Source: Dehalococcoidia bacterium (GTDB lineage: Bacteria; Chloroflexota; Dehalococcoidia; Lucifugimonadales; UBA3495). Taken from it: a DNA stretch of 64,000 nucleotides. The stretch is taken from positions 3,955,818-4,019,817 of the forward strand of contig OZ245439.1 of assembly GCA_965226875.1 (NCBI GenBank), given 5' to 3'. Shown here in pieces: positions 17,864 to 27,800 of the stretch. Under the pieces are notes generated by a model that worked only from the letters and a program-made list of their open reading frames with translations, ran no database searches and was not told the origin of the DNA. The translations under genes were made by a program, and so were the position numbers. Positions within the stretch are counted from its first letter, which is position 1, and each line of letters begins with the position of its first letter.

Positions 17864-18045
17864 CCCTAGAAGTCTGGCCGGAAAGCCATTTGCCGGGTTT
17901 TGCGTAGCGCAAAACAGACGCATTCAAGTCTGATATGACATGATAGTGCATGTAATACGTTGCAATACTCACTATTTCATCGATAATCGACGTTAAAAAA
18001 ACGACGGCTTGGGGAGAATCAGGGTTTCCGGCCAGACTTCTAGGG
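17864..18045 (+). mobile_element. 182-bp MITE, copy 1 (TIR CCCTAGAAGTCTGGCCGGAAA)
   Basis: About 21-bp terminal inverted repeats and an AT-richer core. A second 182-bp copy lies at 60473-60654 in inverse orientation, with high identity by eye. Confidence 0.85.
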
Positions 18046-19008
18046 CGTCAGCAGGATTTTGCCTGTTGTCTCCCGGCCCTCAAGCCTGCGGTGCGCTTCG
18101 CGGGCCTCGGACAGGGGCAACTCCAGGCCGACATAGAGCTTGACCTCGCCGCTCTGCACCCAGCTCAGCACGTCGTCGGCGCGCTGCGCCAGCTCCTCGC
18201 GAGTGGCGGTGTAGTCGCCGAGGTTGGGGCGGGTGAGGAACAACGAGCCGTTGCGCAGGGCGCCGCTGTCCACCGGTCCCACCGGGCCGCCGGCCTGCCC
18301 GTACAGCGCCATGTAGCCGCGCCGTCCCAGCAGGCGCATCCCCTTGTCGAAGGTGGTGGCGCCCACGGCGTCCATCACCATCTTCAGGCCCTTGCCGTCG
18401 GTCGCCTCGCGTATCTCGGCCTCGAAGTCCTGTTGCGTGTAGTTGATGACGTGGTCGGCACCTGCTCCCTTGGCCAGTTCAGCCTTCTCCTCGGTGGAGA
18501 CGGTGGTGAAGACGTGGACGCCCAGCCGCTTGAGCAGTTGGATGAGCCACAGCCCCATGCCGCCGGCCCCGGCGTGAACCAGCACGCGGTCGCCGCTGCC
18601 GAGATGGGCAATGCCGTAGACCAGGAAGTGGGCGGTCATCCCTTGCAGCATGGTGGCCGCAGCGGCGTCGAAGTCCATGCCGTCTGGGATGCGCACCAGC
18701 AGCCACGACGGTACGGAATGGACCTCGGAGTAGCTTCCGGTGTGCATGGCGTAGGCCACCCGGTCACCCACGGCAACCTCGGTGACGCCGTCGCCGATGG
18801 CGGTGACGACCCCGGCGGCCTCGCGCCCCGGCGTCCAGGGGAAGGCATCAGGCGGGTTGGTACCCTTGCGGCTCGATACATCGGTGTAGTTGACGCCGAT
18901 GGACTTGATCTCCACCAGCGCCTGCCCCGCCGCAGGCGACGGCTCGGGCGCGTCCTCGTAGTTCAGCACCTCCGGCCCGCCGGTCTGGTAGATGCGGACG
19001 GTCTTCAT
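18040..19008 (-). CDS. qor: NADPH:quinone oxidoreductase (zinc-type ADH / MDR superfamily)
   Basis: 322 aa. MKTVRIYQTGGPEVL...HAGAGGMGL...GKILLTP is typical of Qor/zeta-crystallin. The stop codon lies inside the MITE terminus. Confidence 0.85.
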   Translation of the reverse strand: MKTVRIYQTGGPEVLNYEDAPEPSPAAGQALVEIKSIGVNYTDVSSRKGTNPPDAFPWTPGREAAGVVTAIGDGVTEVAVGDRVAYAMHTGSYSEVHSVPSWLLVRIPDGMDFDAAAATMLQGMTAHFLVYGIAHLGSGDRVLVHAGAGGMGLWLIQLLKRLGVHVFTTVSTEEKAELAKGAGADHVINYTQQDFEAEIREATDGKGLKMVMDAVGATTFDKGMRLLGRRGYMALYGQAGGPVGPVDSGALRNGSLFLTRPNLGDYTATREELAQRADDVLSWVQSGEVKLYVGLELPLSEAREAHRRLEGRETTGKILLTP

Positions 19009-19091
19009 GGTTCAGCTCCTGTTGTCGGGTTGATTGTCGGTTAGGCAATTATAAGTCAGTTGGAAGTTCAGGATTGCATTGGTTCGCCCCT

Positions 19092-19985
19092 CTACGCCGG
19101 CGGGTAGTGCTCCTTCCACCAGCGGGCGATGTCGAGGCGGCGAGCGAACCAGACGCCCTCCTTCTCCGAAGCGTACTTCAGGAACTGGTCCAGCGCCGAG
19201 GCGCGGCTGGGCTTGCCGATGATGCGGCAGTGCAGGCCGACGGACATCATCTTGGGGTGGGTGGCTCCCTCCTCGTATAGCTGGTCGAAGGATGCCTTGG
19301 CAACCTGGAAGAAGTGCTCCGGCGTCAGCAGGTCGCCGCGCCAGTACTTGTAGTCGTTGACCTCCAGCGAGTAGGGCACCACCAGCCAGGGGTTGCCATG
19401 CACCTGCGTCCAGTAGGGCAGGTCGTCGTTGTAGGCGTTGCAGTCGTACTCGAACCCTCCCTCCTCGACCACCAGCTCGCGGGTGTTGACGCTGGGGCCG
19501 TAGCGCGTATACCAGCCCAGGGGACGTTCCCCGCAGATGCGGGTGATGCTCTCCACGGCCTTTCGGATGGCCTCCCGCTCGGCATCGCGGTCCATCCGGT
19601 AGTACTCCTCCCAGCGGTTGCCGTGGCCCATGACCTCGTGCCCGCGGCGGATGGCCTCCGGCCCGACCTCCGGGTTGCGTTCCAGGGCCAGGGCGCAGGC
19701 GTAGAAGCTACCTGTGACGTTGTTGCGTTCCAGGATGTCCATGATGCGCCAGACACCGACGCGGCTGCCGTACTCGAAGAAAGACTCGTTGGCCAGGTCG
19801 CGCTCCCCCGCTCCGAGGGGCGATGGCGACTCGCCGGATGTCTCGCCTGCCGGGTCGCCGTCCAGTGTCGAGTACTCGGATCCCTCCTCGTAGTTGACGA
19901 CCACCGAGACGGCGATGCGTGCTTCGTTGGGCCAGCGGAACTGCGGCGGGTTGGCGCCGTAGCCGACGAAATCGCGTTGTTGCAT
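19092..19985 (-). CDS. puuE: PuuE-type allantoinase (polysaccharide deacetylase family)
   Basis: 297 aa. FVGYGANPPQFRWPNEARIAVSVVVNYEEGSE...YEYGSRVGVWR...VPYSLEVND...GLHCRIIGKPSR...VWFARRLDIARWW follows the PuuE sequence pattern closely. Confidence 0.8.
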   Translation of the reverse strand: MQQRDFVGYGANPPQFRWPNEARIAVSVVVNYEEGSEYSTLDGDPAGETSGESPSPLGAGERDLANESFFEYGSRVGVWRIMDILERNNVTGSFYACALALERNPEVGPEAIRRGHEVMGHGNRWEEYYRMDRDAEREAIRKAVESITRICGERPLGWYTRYGPSVNTRELVVEEGGFEYDCNAYNDDLPYWTQVHGNPWLVVPYSLEVNDYKYWRGDLLTPEHFFQVAKASFDQLYEEGATHPKMMSVGLHCRIIGKPSRASALDQFLKYASEKEGVWFARRLDIARWWKEHYPPA

Positions 19986-20189
19986 GAGTGTGCCTCCTTA
20001 ACTCCGGGGAGTCTCCATGCTCTGTTGGTTCCCCACTAATCAGCTTGTATATTGTACCTGCAAACTTAATGGGCCTGGCATTGAAAGTGTCAAATACCGT
20101 GGGTCAATCGCATTTTAACTTTCAGCACAACAGGCATTTCGAACCCAACGGAAATATAACCGTCATTCCCGCGAAAACGGGAATCCACG

Positions 20190-20621
20190 ATGCCAGGGGC
20201 CAATCAATTTCCCGATTTCCCGGCCATTTGCGGACATTTCGGGCCGTTGTATCTGACCGTCGGAGGCGGATGTAGTGTCCGAGTTGAGTTCGGAAATTTC
20301 GATTTCCCGGCCATTGTCGGCCATTTCGGACCGTTGTATCTGACCGTCGGAGGCGGGTGTAGTGTCCGAGTTGAGTTCGGAAATTTCGATTTCCCGGCCA
20401 TTTCCGGTCATTTCGGGCCGTTGCATCTGACCGTCGGAGGCGGGTGTAGTGTCCGAGTTGGGGTTGGAATCCGGGTTGCGCTTGGTGATCCTGGAGCAGG
20501 GAGTCTTCTTTTGGTTTTCAGGCATCAAACATCGCGTGGCCTCAGTGGCTTTGTGGTTTTGGTCGGAGCGATATGGGGAGCGGTGGGGTATGTGCTTATA
20601 ATAGGACAAGTGTTCTGTTGA
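20190..20621 (+). CDS. Possible repeat protein (3 x 29 aa FDFPAIxGHFGPLxLTVGGGCSVRVEFGN) with C-terminal TM helix
   Basis: 143-aa ORF. Between repeat copies, five changes are synonymous glycine third positions in this frame (GGA/GGC/GGT/GGG), while every variable site I checked changes the amino acid in the opposite-strand ORF. The RBS is weak. Confidence 0.4.
   Translation: MPGANQFPDFPAICGHFGPLYLTVGGGCSVRVEFGNFDFPAIVGHFGPLYLTVGGGCSVRVEFGNFDFPAISGHFGPLHLTVGGGCSVRVGVGIRVALGDPGAGSLLLVFRHQTSRGLSGFVVLVGAIWGAVGYVLIIGQVFC
20207..20469. repeat. Tandem repeat, 3 x 87 bp
   Basis: GATTTCCCGGCCA recurs at 20214, 20301 and 20388 (period 87). The copies are nearly identical. Confidence 0.92.
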
Positions 20622-20927
20622 CTTGGCAAGGGGGAGGAGGCGAAAGCGTTCCGAATCAGGTGGTCGAGACGGCTACCCGACATTAACACCCACTACCCTT
20701 GGATTCCCGCTGATTCCCGCTTTCGCGGGAATGACGGACCGTAAGCTGGCATACCGCCTAAATGCCATACCGCCTAAATTGGAACGCTATCGGCGATGGG
20801 CCGGCGTTTGCATTGCGCTGGCTGTTGTGCTTTAGTTATACGTTGTTTCCCCGCTGCATCCCGACGATGTATGTGAGCAAATCACGCCGCGCCCCGACAG
20901 GCAGGCGGCAAAGGAGTCTTCGCTGAC

Positions 20928-21701
20928 ATGGCCTTTGAGGTTATCTCCACCGATCAGGTGGATCGGGTCGCCATCGTTACCCTGAACCGGCCGGAGGTGC
21001 TGAACGCCCTCAACCTGACCCTAGTGCGCGAGCTGGACCAGTTCCTCACCGAAGCGGAAGCCGACGACGGCATCGGCGCGGTCATCATCACGGGGTCCGG
21101 GGAGCGGGCCTTCTCCGCCGGGGCCGACATCCACGAGAACCGCGAGCTGACCCAGGAGCAACGCGACGAGGGGGCCGCCGAGCGGTCCCAGTACACCTGG
21201 CACATGACCACCTGCACCAAGCCCGTCATCGGCGCCATCAACGGCCTGTGCTACGGCGGCGGCACCGTCATGGCCACCAGCCTCGATTTCCTCATCGGCT
21301 GCGAGAAGAGCAGCTTCCGCTTCCTGGCGGTCAACTACGGCCAGCTCAACGCCACCTGGAGCCTGCCCAACCTGGTCGGCTGGGGCAAGGCCAAGGAGTT
21401 GCTGTACAGCGGGCGCGAGGTGTTCGCCGAAGAGGCCTACCACATCGGTCTGCTCAACCACCTGGTGCCGTCGGAGCAACTGATGGACAAGACCCTCGAG
21501 GTCGCGGCAGGCATCGCCAAGAACCGGCCCGAAGGCGTCAACAACATCAAGCAACTCCTCATTGAGCACACCGGCAACTCGCTGGAGCAGCAGTTCTGGA
21601 CCGAGATCGAGGGCCGGCAGGGCCGCTTCCGGGGCCTGACCGTGGAGGAGGGCTTCCGCGACTTCCTCGACCGTAAGGGCCGCAAACCTGCGGTGTCGTA
21701 G
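20928..21701 (+). CDS. Enoyl-CoA hydratase/isomerase (crotonase) family
   Basis: 257 aa. VAIVTLNRPEVLNAL...ITGSGERAFSAGADI...GLCYGGG. Confidence 0.92.
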   Translation: MAFEVISTDQVDRVAIVTLNRPEVLNALNLTLVRELDQFLTEAEADDGIGAVIITGSGERAFSAGADIHENRELTQEQRDEGAAERSQYTWHMTTCTKPVIGAINGLCYGGGTVMATSLDFLIGCEKSSFRFLAVNYGQLNATWSLPNLVGWGKAKELLYSGREVFAEEAYHIGLLNHLVPSEQLMDKTLEVAAGIAKNRPEGVNNIKQLLIEHTGNSLEQQFWTEIEGRQGRFRGLTVEEGFRDFLDRKGRKPAVS

Positions 21702-21714
21702 ATCCCCTCTCCGC

Positions 21715-22149
21715 ATGAACTCTGCTCCCCAGGTCCCGGGGCCTGGCCGCCGTGCCGCGCAGGCCGACGCCACCGCCCCCGACGGGTCGGAGATACGCCT
21801 GCTGGCCGACGGGCGGCACTCGGCAAGCCGCAGCAGCATGGTGGAGGTGACACTACCGGCGGGTCAGGTCTCGCGTCCGGTGTACCACCGAACCGTGGAG
21901 GAAATCTGGTACATCCTGGAGGGATGTGGCCGCGTCTGGCGCTGTCCTCCGGGTGCCGACGCCACATCGGCGCCTCCGCAGGACGTGTCGCCGGGCGACG
22001 CGCTGGTCATCCCCGTCGGCTGGCGCTTCCAATTCGCCGCTGCCTCCGACGCGCCCTTGCGCTTTCTGTGCCACACCACTCCGCCCTGGCCCGGCGAGGA
22101 GGAGGCGGTCGCGGCTGAAACCGGAGGCTTGGGCGCTCCGACGGTGTAA
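21715..22149 (+). CDS. Cupin-domain protein
   Basis: 144 aa. HRTVEEIWYILEGCGRVW...GDALVIPVGWRFQF has cupin motif spacing. The exact start is uncertain. Confidence 0.65.
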   Translation: MNSAPQVPGPGRRAAQADATAPDGSEIRLLADGRHSASRSSMVEVTLPAGQVSRPVYHRTVEEIWYILEGCGRVWRCPPGADATSAPPQDVSPGDALVIPVGWRFQFAAASDAPLRFLCHTTPPWPGEEEAVAAETGGLGAPTV

Positions 22150-22187
22150 GCGGTAAGCGGCCCGGCCCACTGTGCTAGAATCGCCCA

Positions 22188-23393
22188 ATGAAAACCCCTA
22201 GCCTGGACTGCTCCGCCTCCTTCCCCGACGGATTTGACGCGATATGCACCCCGGCATTCGTGTATGACGAGCGGGCCATCCATCGCCTGCTCGACTTTGC
22301 CGCGCCTCTGCGAAGCGACGGGCGGTGCTCGCTGCTTTTCGCCATCAAGTCCTTCTCCTTCGCCCCCGCGCTGCGGGTAATGGCCCCCCGGCTGGACGGC
22401 TTCGCGGTGAGTTCGCTGTACGAGGCGCGGCTGGCCCGCGGCGTTATCGGCGGCAATGGGTCGGTGCATATCACCACGCCCGGGTTTCGGGACGACGAAG
22501 CCGACGAAATCGGGGCGCTGTGCGACTACGTGTCCCTCAACTCGCTGGGCCAATGGGAGACGCACTCCGGGCGGCTACAGGCACGGGCCAACTGCGGGCT
22601 ACGGGTGAATCCGCAGCTTTCCTTCGCCGACGACTGCCGCTATGACCCCTGCCGCCCGCAGTCCAAGCTGGGAGTGCCGCTGGACAATCTCGCCGCCGCG
22701 CTGCGGGACAAACCGGCCCGGCTGGACGGTGTTCGCGGCCTGCTGTTCCATTCCAACTGCGATTCGCCGGACTTCGGGGAACTGCGGGCCACGGTGGAGC
22801 GGCTACGGGACTGCATTCCCGGCCTGTTGCGGCAGGTGGAGTGGGTCAACCTCGGCGGCGGCTACCTGTTCGAGGAGGACGGGGAGCCATGCCTCAACTT
22901 TAACGAACTCTGCCGGGCCGTGGATTCCCTCCGCGCCGAGTTTGACGTGCAGGTCTTTATCGAGCCGGGATCGGGCCTCATCAGGGCCGCCGGGTATTTC
23001 GTCGCCTCGGTGCTTGATCTCTTCCAGAGCGGCGGCGCATCAGTGGCAGTGCTGGATACCTCGGTGAACCACATGCCGGAGGTGTTCGAGTACGGCTTCC
23101 GGCCCGACGTGGTTGGCCACGACGATGACGCCCCCCACGAGTACCTGCTGGCCGGCTGCACCTGCCTGGCCGGGGACCTGTTCGGCTCCTACCGCTTCCC
23201 GGAACGGTTGAGCGTAGGGGACAGGGTGGTGTTCAGCAACTCCGGCTCCTACACCCTGACCAAGGCCAACACGTTCAACGGCGTAGCCCTGCCGTCGGTC
23301 TACGCCCTGGACGCGAGCGGCGAGTTGACCCTCCGGAGCAGCCCGTCCTATGCGGACTACGCCGCCCGCTGGGCCCTCGGTAATGTGGAATAG
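22188..23393 (+). CDS. nspC: Carboxynorspermidine/carboxyspermidine decarboxylase
   Basis: 401 aa. PAFVYDE..., FAIKSFS, LNSLGQ, GLRVNP, SKLG, LFHSNC, NLGGGY, CLAGD and SGSYT follow the NspC pattern. Confidence 0.82.
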   Translation: MKTPSLDCSASFPDGFDAICTPAFVYDERAIHRLLDFAAPLRSDGRCSLLFAIKSFSFAPALRVMAPRLDGFAVSSLYEARLARGVIGGNGSVHITTPGFRDDEADEIGALCDYVSLNSLGQWETHSGRLQARANCGLRVNPQLSFADDCRYDPCRPQSKLGVPLDNLAAALRDKPARLDGVRGLLFHSNCDSPDFGELRATVERLRDCIPGLLRQVEWVNLGGGYLFEEDGEPCLNFNELCRAVDSLRAEFDVQVFIEPGSGLIRAAGYFVASVLDLFQSGGASVAVLDTSVNHMPEVFEYGFRPDVVGHDDDAPHEYLLAGCTCLAGDLFGSYRFPERLSVGDRVVFSNSGSYTLTKANTFNGVALPSVYALDASGELTLRSSPSYADYAARWALGNVE

Positions 23394-23440
23394 AGCCACC
23401 TCTCTTTTGCGAGAGGGCCGCGAGTAAAATTTCCTCTCAA

Positions 23441-23482
23441 TTTCCTCTCAGTCCGGGAGAGGGCTAGGGCGAGGGCGTTCCC
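23441..23482. repeat. REP1 element abutting the next start codon
   Basis: TTTCCTCTCAGTCC-GGGAGAGGGCTAGGGCGAGGGCGTTCC. It ends 2 nt before the ATG at 23484, and its GAGGG could serve as an SD sequence. Confidence 0.75.
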
Positions 23483-23483
23483 C

Positions 23484-24863
23484 ATGCCCCACATACTTCA
23501 AATCAACGACACGGTCTCCACCCGCGAGTGCTCCCTGCGCCTGGAGCCGGAGGATGTCGGCCTGCCGCTGGGCGCGCTGCTGGACCGCTACCTCAAGCAG
23601 GTCCCGATAGCCCAACTGCTCCGGGAGTCGCGGATAACCCCCTCGTCCGCCGATGCGCTCTACGCCATTCAGGACCTGGTGTACGCCAGCGACGACGGCG
23701 GGCGGCTGATGGATATGTTCGCGGGCGTGGCCTTCACCGACAGCGGACGCCCCATCGGACTGGACGACGCGCCTGCTGTTCACCGGGCGCAGGCGGCAGG
23801 GCAGGAAATTTCGTTGCTGGACATCGGTATTGACCGCATTGCCTGCGAATACGACCGCAACTGGACCGGCTTCCACGCCCGCAAGTGGCAGCGCGCGCCG
23901 GAGCGATACGCCGGCTTCGTCCGCGACACCCTCGCCGCCGACCACGGCGAGCCGGAGGCCGACGGCATCCTGGAGCTGCACTCGGCGGAGCAGAAGCTGA
24001 AATTCCTCAAGTCCCTAGCGCAGCGCATCTGGCGCAGCCAGTTCGAGAACTACTCCCGCTTCATTGGCCGCAAGCTGGTATACAAGTCGGGTGACGAGAC
24101 CGTGGACAACATACTGGACGGCGGCGGGGCCATCTGCTCAGAGAAAGTGCAGGCCCTCAAGTTCCTGACCGACCACTACGGCCTCGAATCGGAGTATCTC
24201 ATCGCCGGGCAGGACGCCGACGGGCCGCTGCCGGTGGAAAAGCTGCGCGGCCTGTTGACCACCTTCGACTTCACATTTGCCAGGCGCTATATGCGCTACT
24301 GGCAGCATACCGCGCTGGTCTACCGGGTGGACGGCGCGCCGGTGCTGGTGGACGCCACCAACGGCAACGTCCCCTTCCTGTTCCTGCGGAACGCAGACGC
24401 CGACCGCCTGCTGCGCTGCGAAAGCAAGCAGCCGGTGCCGGTGAAGATGGTCGAGTCCGAGGAGAGTTTCTACTACCACCGGGCGCCGCAGGACATCCCG
24501 AAAAACCTGTTCTTCGCGCTGGAGGGCTGGATTCCCTTCTCGGACCTGATGCAGGTCTTCGATAACGAGCTGGGCTTGTACCTGTCCGCCGACTTCTACG
24601 TCGCGCCCATATCCTACCGCAGCGAGCGGGAGTTCCGACGTGACCGCCGGGACTTCCTCGAAATCTGCCGCCGGGGACAGCTCCAATGCTCCATAACCGG
24701 GGACTGGACGCTAGACTCGCCCCAAGGCCGAGCCTTCGAGGAAGCGGAACCGGAGACCAGCCGCCGCATCCTGCTGGCCCACGACCACCTGCTGCGCCGC
24801 CTCGACCAGTGCGACGGCCCCGGCCACGAGGCCGGTCTGGTCATCATCAGGCTGCGGGATTGA
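23484..24863 (+). CDS. Transglutaminase-like (papain-fold Cys-His-Asp) protein, otherwise uncharacterised
   Basis: 459 aa. GGGAICSEKVQALKFL (C218), YWQHTALVY (H275) and LVDATNG (D290) have the spacing typical of the transglutaminase-core triad. The coding call is solid; the function is tentative. Confidence 0.55.
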   Translation: MPHILQINDTVSTRECSLRLEPEDVGLPLGALLDRYLKQVPIAQLLRESRITPSSADALYAIQDLVYASDDGGRLMDMFAGVAFTDSGRPIGLDDAPAVHRAQAAGQEISLLDIGIDRIACEYDRNWTGFHARKWQRAPERYAGFVRDTLAADHGEPEADGILELHSAEQKLKFLKSLAQRIWRSQFENYSRFIGRKLVYKSGDETVDNILDGGGAICSEKVQALKFLTDHYGLESEYLIAGQDADGPLPVEKLRGLLTTFDFTFARRYMRYWQHTALVYRVDGAPVLVDATNGNVPFLFLRNADADRLLRCESKQPVPVKMVESEESFYYHRAPQDIPKNLFFALEGWIPFSDLMQVFDNELGLYLSADFYVAPISYRSEREFRRDRRDFLEICRRGQLQCSITGDWTLDSPQGRAFEEAEPETSRRILLAHDHLLRRLDQCDGPGHEAGLVIIRLRD

Positions 24864-24871
24864 GTTGCCCT

Positions 24872-27800
24872 ATGAAACGCCGTCAACCATCACCGTCCGC
24901 GTTACTGTCCCGCATCCGGGACTACGAATTCGCGTCGCACTCCGACGGCGACCTGCGCCTGGCCCTGCGGCGCCTGCAATCCCGCGCGGTCGAAACGGCG
25001 ACGGACGGCCTGCTACCCGAATGTTTTGCCATCGTGGCGGAGGCCATAGACCGGCGCTTGGGCGTCTGGAGGCTCTTCGACGATTCTCGCCCGGCGGATG
25101 CTTCTGCCGAAGACGCGCGAATCATCGCCGAAACCACGTCGGACGTGGCACGACAGCGGACGCACCGCAGGCCGGGGGAGATTCTGCTGCCCGCAGGGTT
25201 CTACCAAGCGGCGCGGCGGCAGGACGAAAACGGCCGCCTGCGGTTCCGGGCCACCGGGGAGCAACTGCTGGCCGGGATTCACCTGTTCCGGGGCAGGGTG
25301 GTGCAGATGGACGCGGGCGAGGGCAAGACCGTCGCCATCGCCTTCGCCGCCGCGCTACATGCCGTCCTGGGCCGTGCGGTCCACGTGGTCACGGCCAACG
25401 ACTACCTCGCGGAGCGGGACGCCGCGCTGCTGGAGCCGGTCTTCCGCTCCCTTGGCCTCAGCGTGGGCGCAGTGCCGGGACACATGGAGGAAGGCGAGCG
25501 CCGCCACATTTACCGCCGCAACATCGTCTACGGCGCGATGCGCGAGTTGGGCTTCGACTTCCTCCGGGACAACCTGAAGCCCTCCACCGGCCAGCGAGTG
25601 CAGGCGAGCCTTGATGTGGCCATCATCGACGAGGCCGACCACGCCCTGATTGACGAGGCGTTTACGCCGCTGATCATCTCCGGCAATCCGATGGGCGGCT
25701 CCCGCTCGGCGGTGCGGGTCAACGGCGCGGTCGCGGAGATGATCGGCTTGCAGCGCGAACTGGTTGGAGAATTGGCCGGGCATATTGATTCGCCGGAAAC
25801 CCCGCCCAACTCCCAACCTCGGCTGCTGGCGACGCTGCTGCTGGCCGACCCCGACAGCCCCACGCTGCTGCAACGCCTCGGCGCCCGTCCCCGGCTGCGG
25901 CGGCAGACGTGGGCGCTGGCCGAGGATGAGTACACGACGTTGACCGACGGGCTGTACTATGCCATCCACCCCGGCAATCGCTTCGTGACCCTGACCGAGA
26001 GGGGACGGGAGTTCCTGGAGCGGCGGCTGGACGGATTCCACGATGGCGAAGCGGCGGTTGGCCTCAACGGGAACGGCAGGAGGCCGCTGTGGGAGCGCAG
26101 GAAACGGGCCGACACCTCCGCCCGGCGGGTGGCGCGGCGGTACGCCCTGGAGAATCAGGCCAGCCAGTCCCTCGGCGCCCACCTGCTGCTCAAGCGCGAC
26201 GTTGACTACCTGGTTGATTCCGGGGTGGTTCATTCCGGGGTGGTTGATCCCGGGGGGGTTGATTCCGGGGTTGACGACGGCGGCATCGTCCTCATCGACC
26301 CGCACACGGGGAGGCCCAAGCCCGACAGCATCTACCAGCACGGCCTGCAATCGGCGGTGGAGGCGCGGGAGGGCGTACCCGTGCACCCGGAGCGCGAAAC
26401 ACTGGCCCAGATTTCGGCGTCGGGTTACGTGAACCGCTACCGTCAGATTTCCGGCATTACCGGCACCGCCGCGTCGGCCGCCGGGGAACTGCGGCGCAAG
26501 TACGGGCTGGAGGTGGCGATTGTCCCGCCGGTGAGTCCGCCCAAGCGGTTCGACGGCCCGCCGGCGGTCTACCTGACCCGCGAAGACAAGCTGGCGGCAG
26601 TGGTGGTGGAACTCGCCGCCCGGCACCGCACGGGCCAGCCGGTGCTGGCAAGCACCCTCACCGTAGAGCAGTCGGAAGAGCTGGGCCGCCTGCTGGAGGA
26701 GCGCGGCATTCCCCACCGGGTGCTCAACGCCGTCACCACCCCCGTCGAGGCCAGCATCGTCCGCGACGCCGCGGCCTTCGGCGCGGTCACCGTCGCCACC
26801 CACATGGCCGGAAGAGGCACCGACATCCTCGTGGAACCCGGCCTGAACGCCCGGATAGCGCGGCAGTGCGCCGCCGAGATCCGCCGGATGCTAACCGAAG
26901 AAGGCTCGGACGCCGGAACAGTTGACGTTACCTGCCCCTCGCCGGATCACGCCGCAGTGCTGCGGGCCGAACTGGACCGCGCCGATGTCTTCGACACGAT
27001 GCCGGTAGCCGGGGGCGGGCTGAGTGTCTCGCTGCGCGGCGGCAGCGGCGGGCGCACAGGGCGCGGAAGGCTGGACTTTGCCTTGGGATTGTGCGTCATC
27101 GGCACCGAGATTCACGACTCCGGTCGCATCACACTCCAGCTCAACGGCAGAAGCGGGCGGCAGGGACAGTTCGGCCTCACCCAGACCTTCCTGTCGCTGG
27201 AGGACCGGCTGATCAATCTGGACGCCGACGCCATCCTGAAGCTGTCCGCCTGCCGCCGCTCGGATGACGATGGGCGCGCATACTACGCCGGGCCGGAGGT
27301 CGCCCGCCGCATCGAGAGGCTACAGGCCGCCGCCGAGCATGAGGCCGAGGCCCAGCGCGGTCTGATCCAGGACTACGCCGCCGAACTTGACCGCCAGACG
27401 CAGCTGTACTACCAACGCCGCCAGCAGATGATTGACTCCGCATCGGAGCCGGGGAGCATTACGGCGATGTGCCGGGAGGTCGCGGAGCAGGTGGCGTCCC
27501 GGCTCGCCGCCGCATACCTCGGCCCGGAGACGGACGGCGGCGACTACGCCCCGCGCTTCGAGGCATTGGCGGAAGAGGCGCGGCTGGATTTCGCCGTGGA
27601 CTGCTCGCCCCTGTACGGCCTTGACCTCTCGCTGGTGCCCCGCGAGCTGGCCCAGCTGATGACCGAACGGATGGAGCAACAGGCGTCGTTGCCGAACCAG
27701 TCGAAGGGCGGCGCCGCCGTGTTCCCCGAAGTGGCGCGGCTGCTCTACCTGCAAGTCTGCGGCGACCTGTGGCCGGGCCACATTGCCATTCTGCGGGACT

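Larger units (their letters stand above)
20160..20738. mobile_element. 579-bp element bounded by 27-bp REP2-type inverted repeats
   Basis: CCGTCATTCCCGCGAAAACGGGAATCC at 20160-20186. The reverse complement of 20712-20738 is CCGTCATTCCCGCGAAAGCGGGAATCC (1 mismatch). The element encloses the tandem repeat and the ORF at 20190-20621. Confidence 0.5.

Noticed and set aside
20207-20469. Possible CRISPR array (regular direct repeats).
   Set aside because: The 87-bp units are contiguous with no unique spacers, there are only three copies, and no cas genes are in the window.
20163-20609. Minus-strand 148-aa ORF across the 87-bp tandem repeats.
   Set aside because: Every variable site I checked between repeat copies changes the amino acid in this frame, whereas several are synonymous in the + frame. 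It also runs into the REP2 terminus. I kept only the + strand ORF, and only as a low-confidence call.
24686-24871. N-terminal extension of the SecA-like ORF to 24686, overlapping the upstream gene by 178 nt.
   Set aside because: The extension is Pro/Arg-rich shadow sequence inside the upstream CDS. The ATG at 24872 follows the upstream stop by 8 nt and begins the SecA-like N-terminus.
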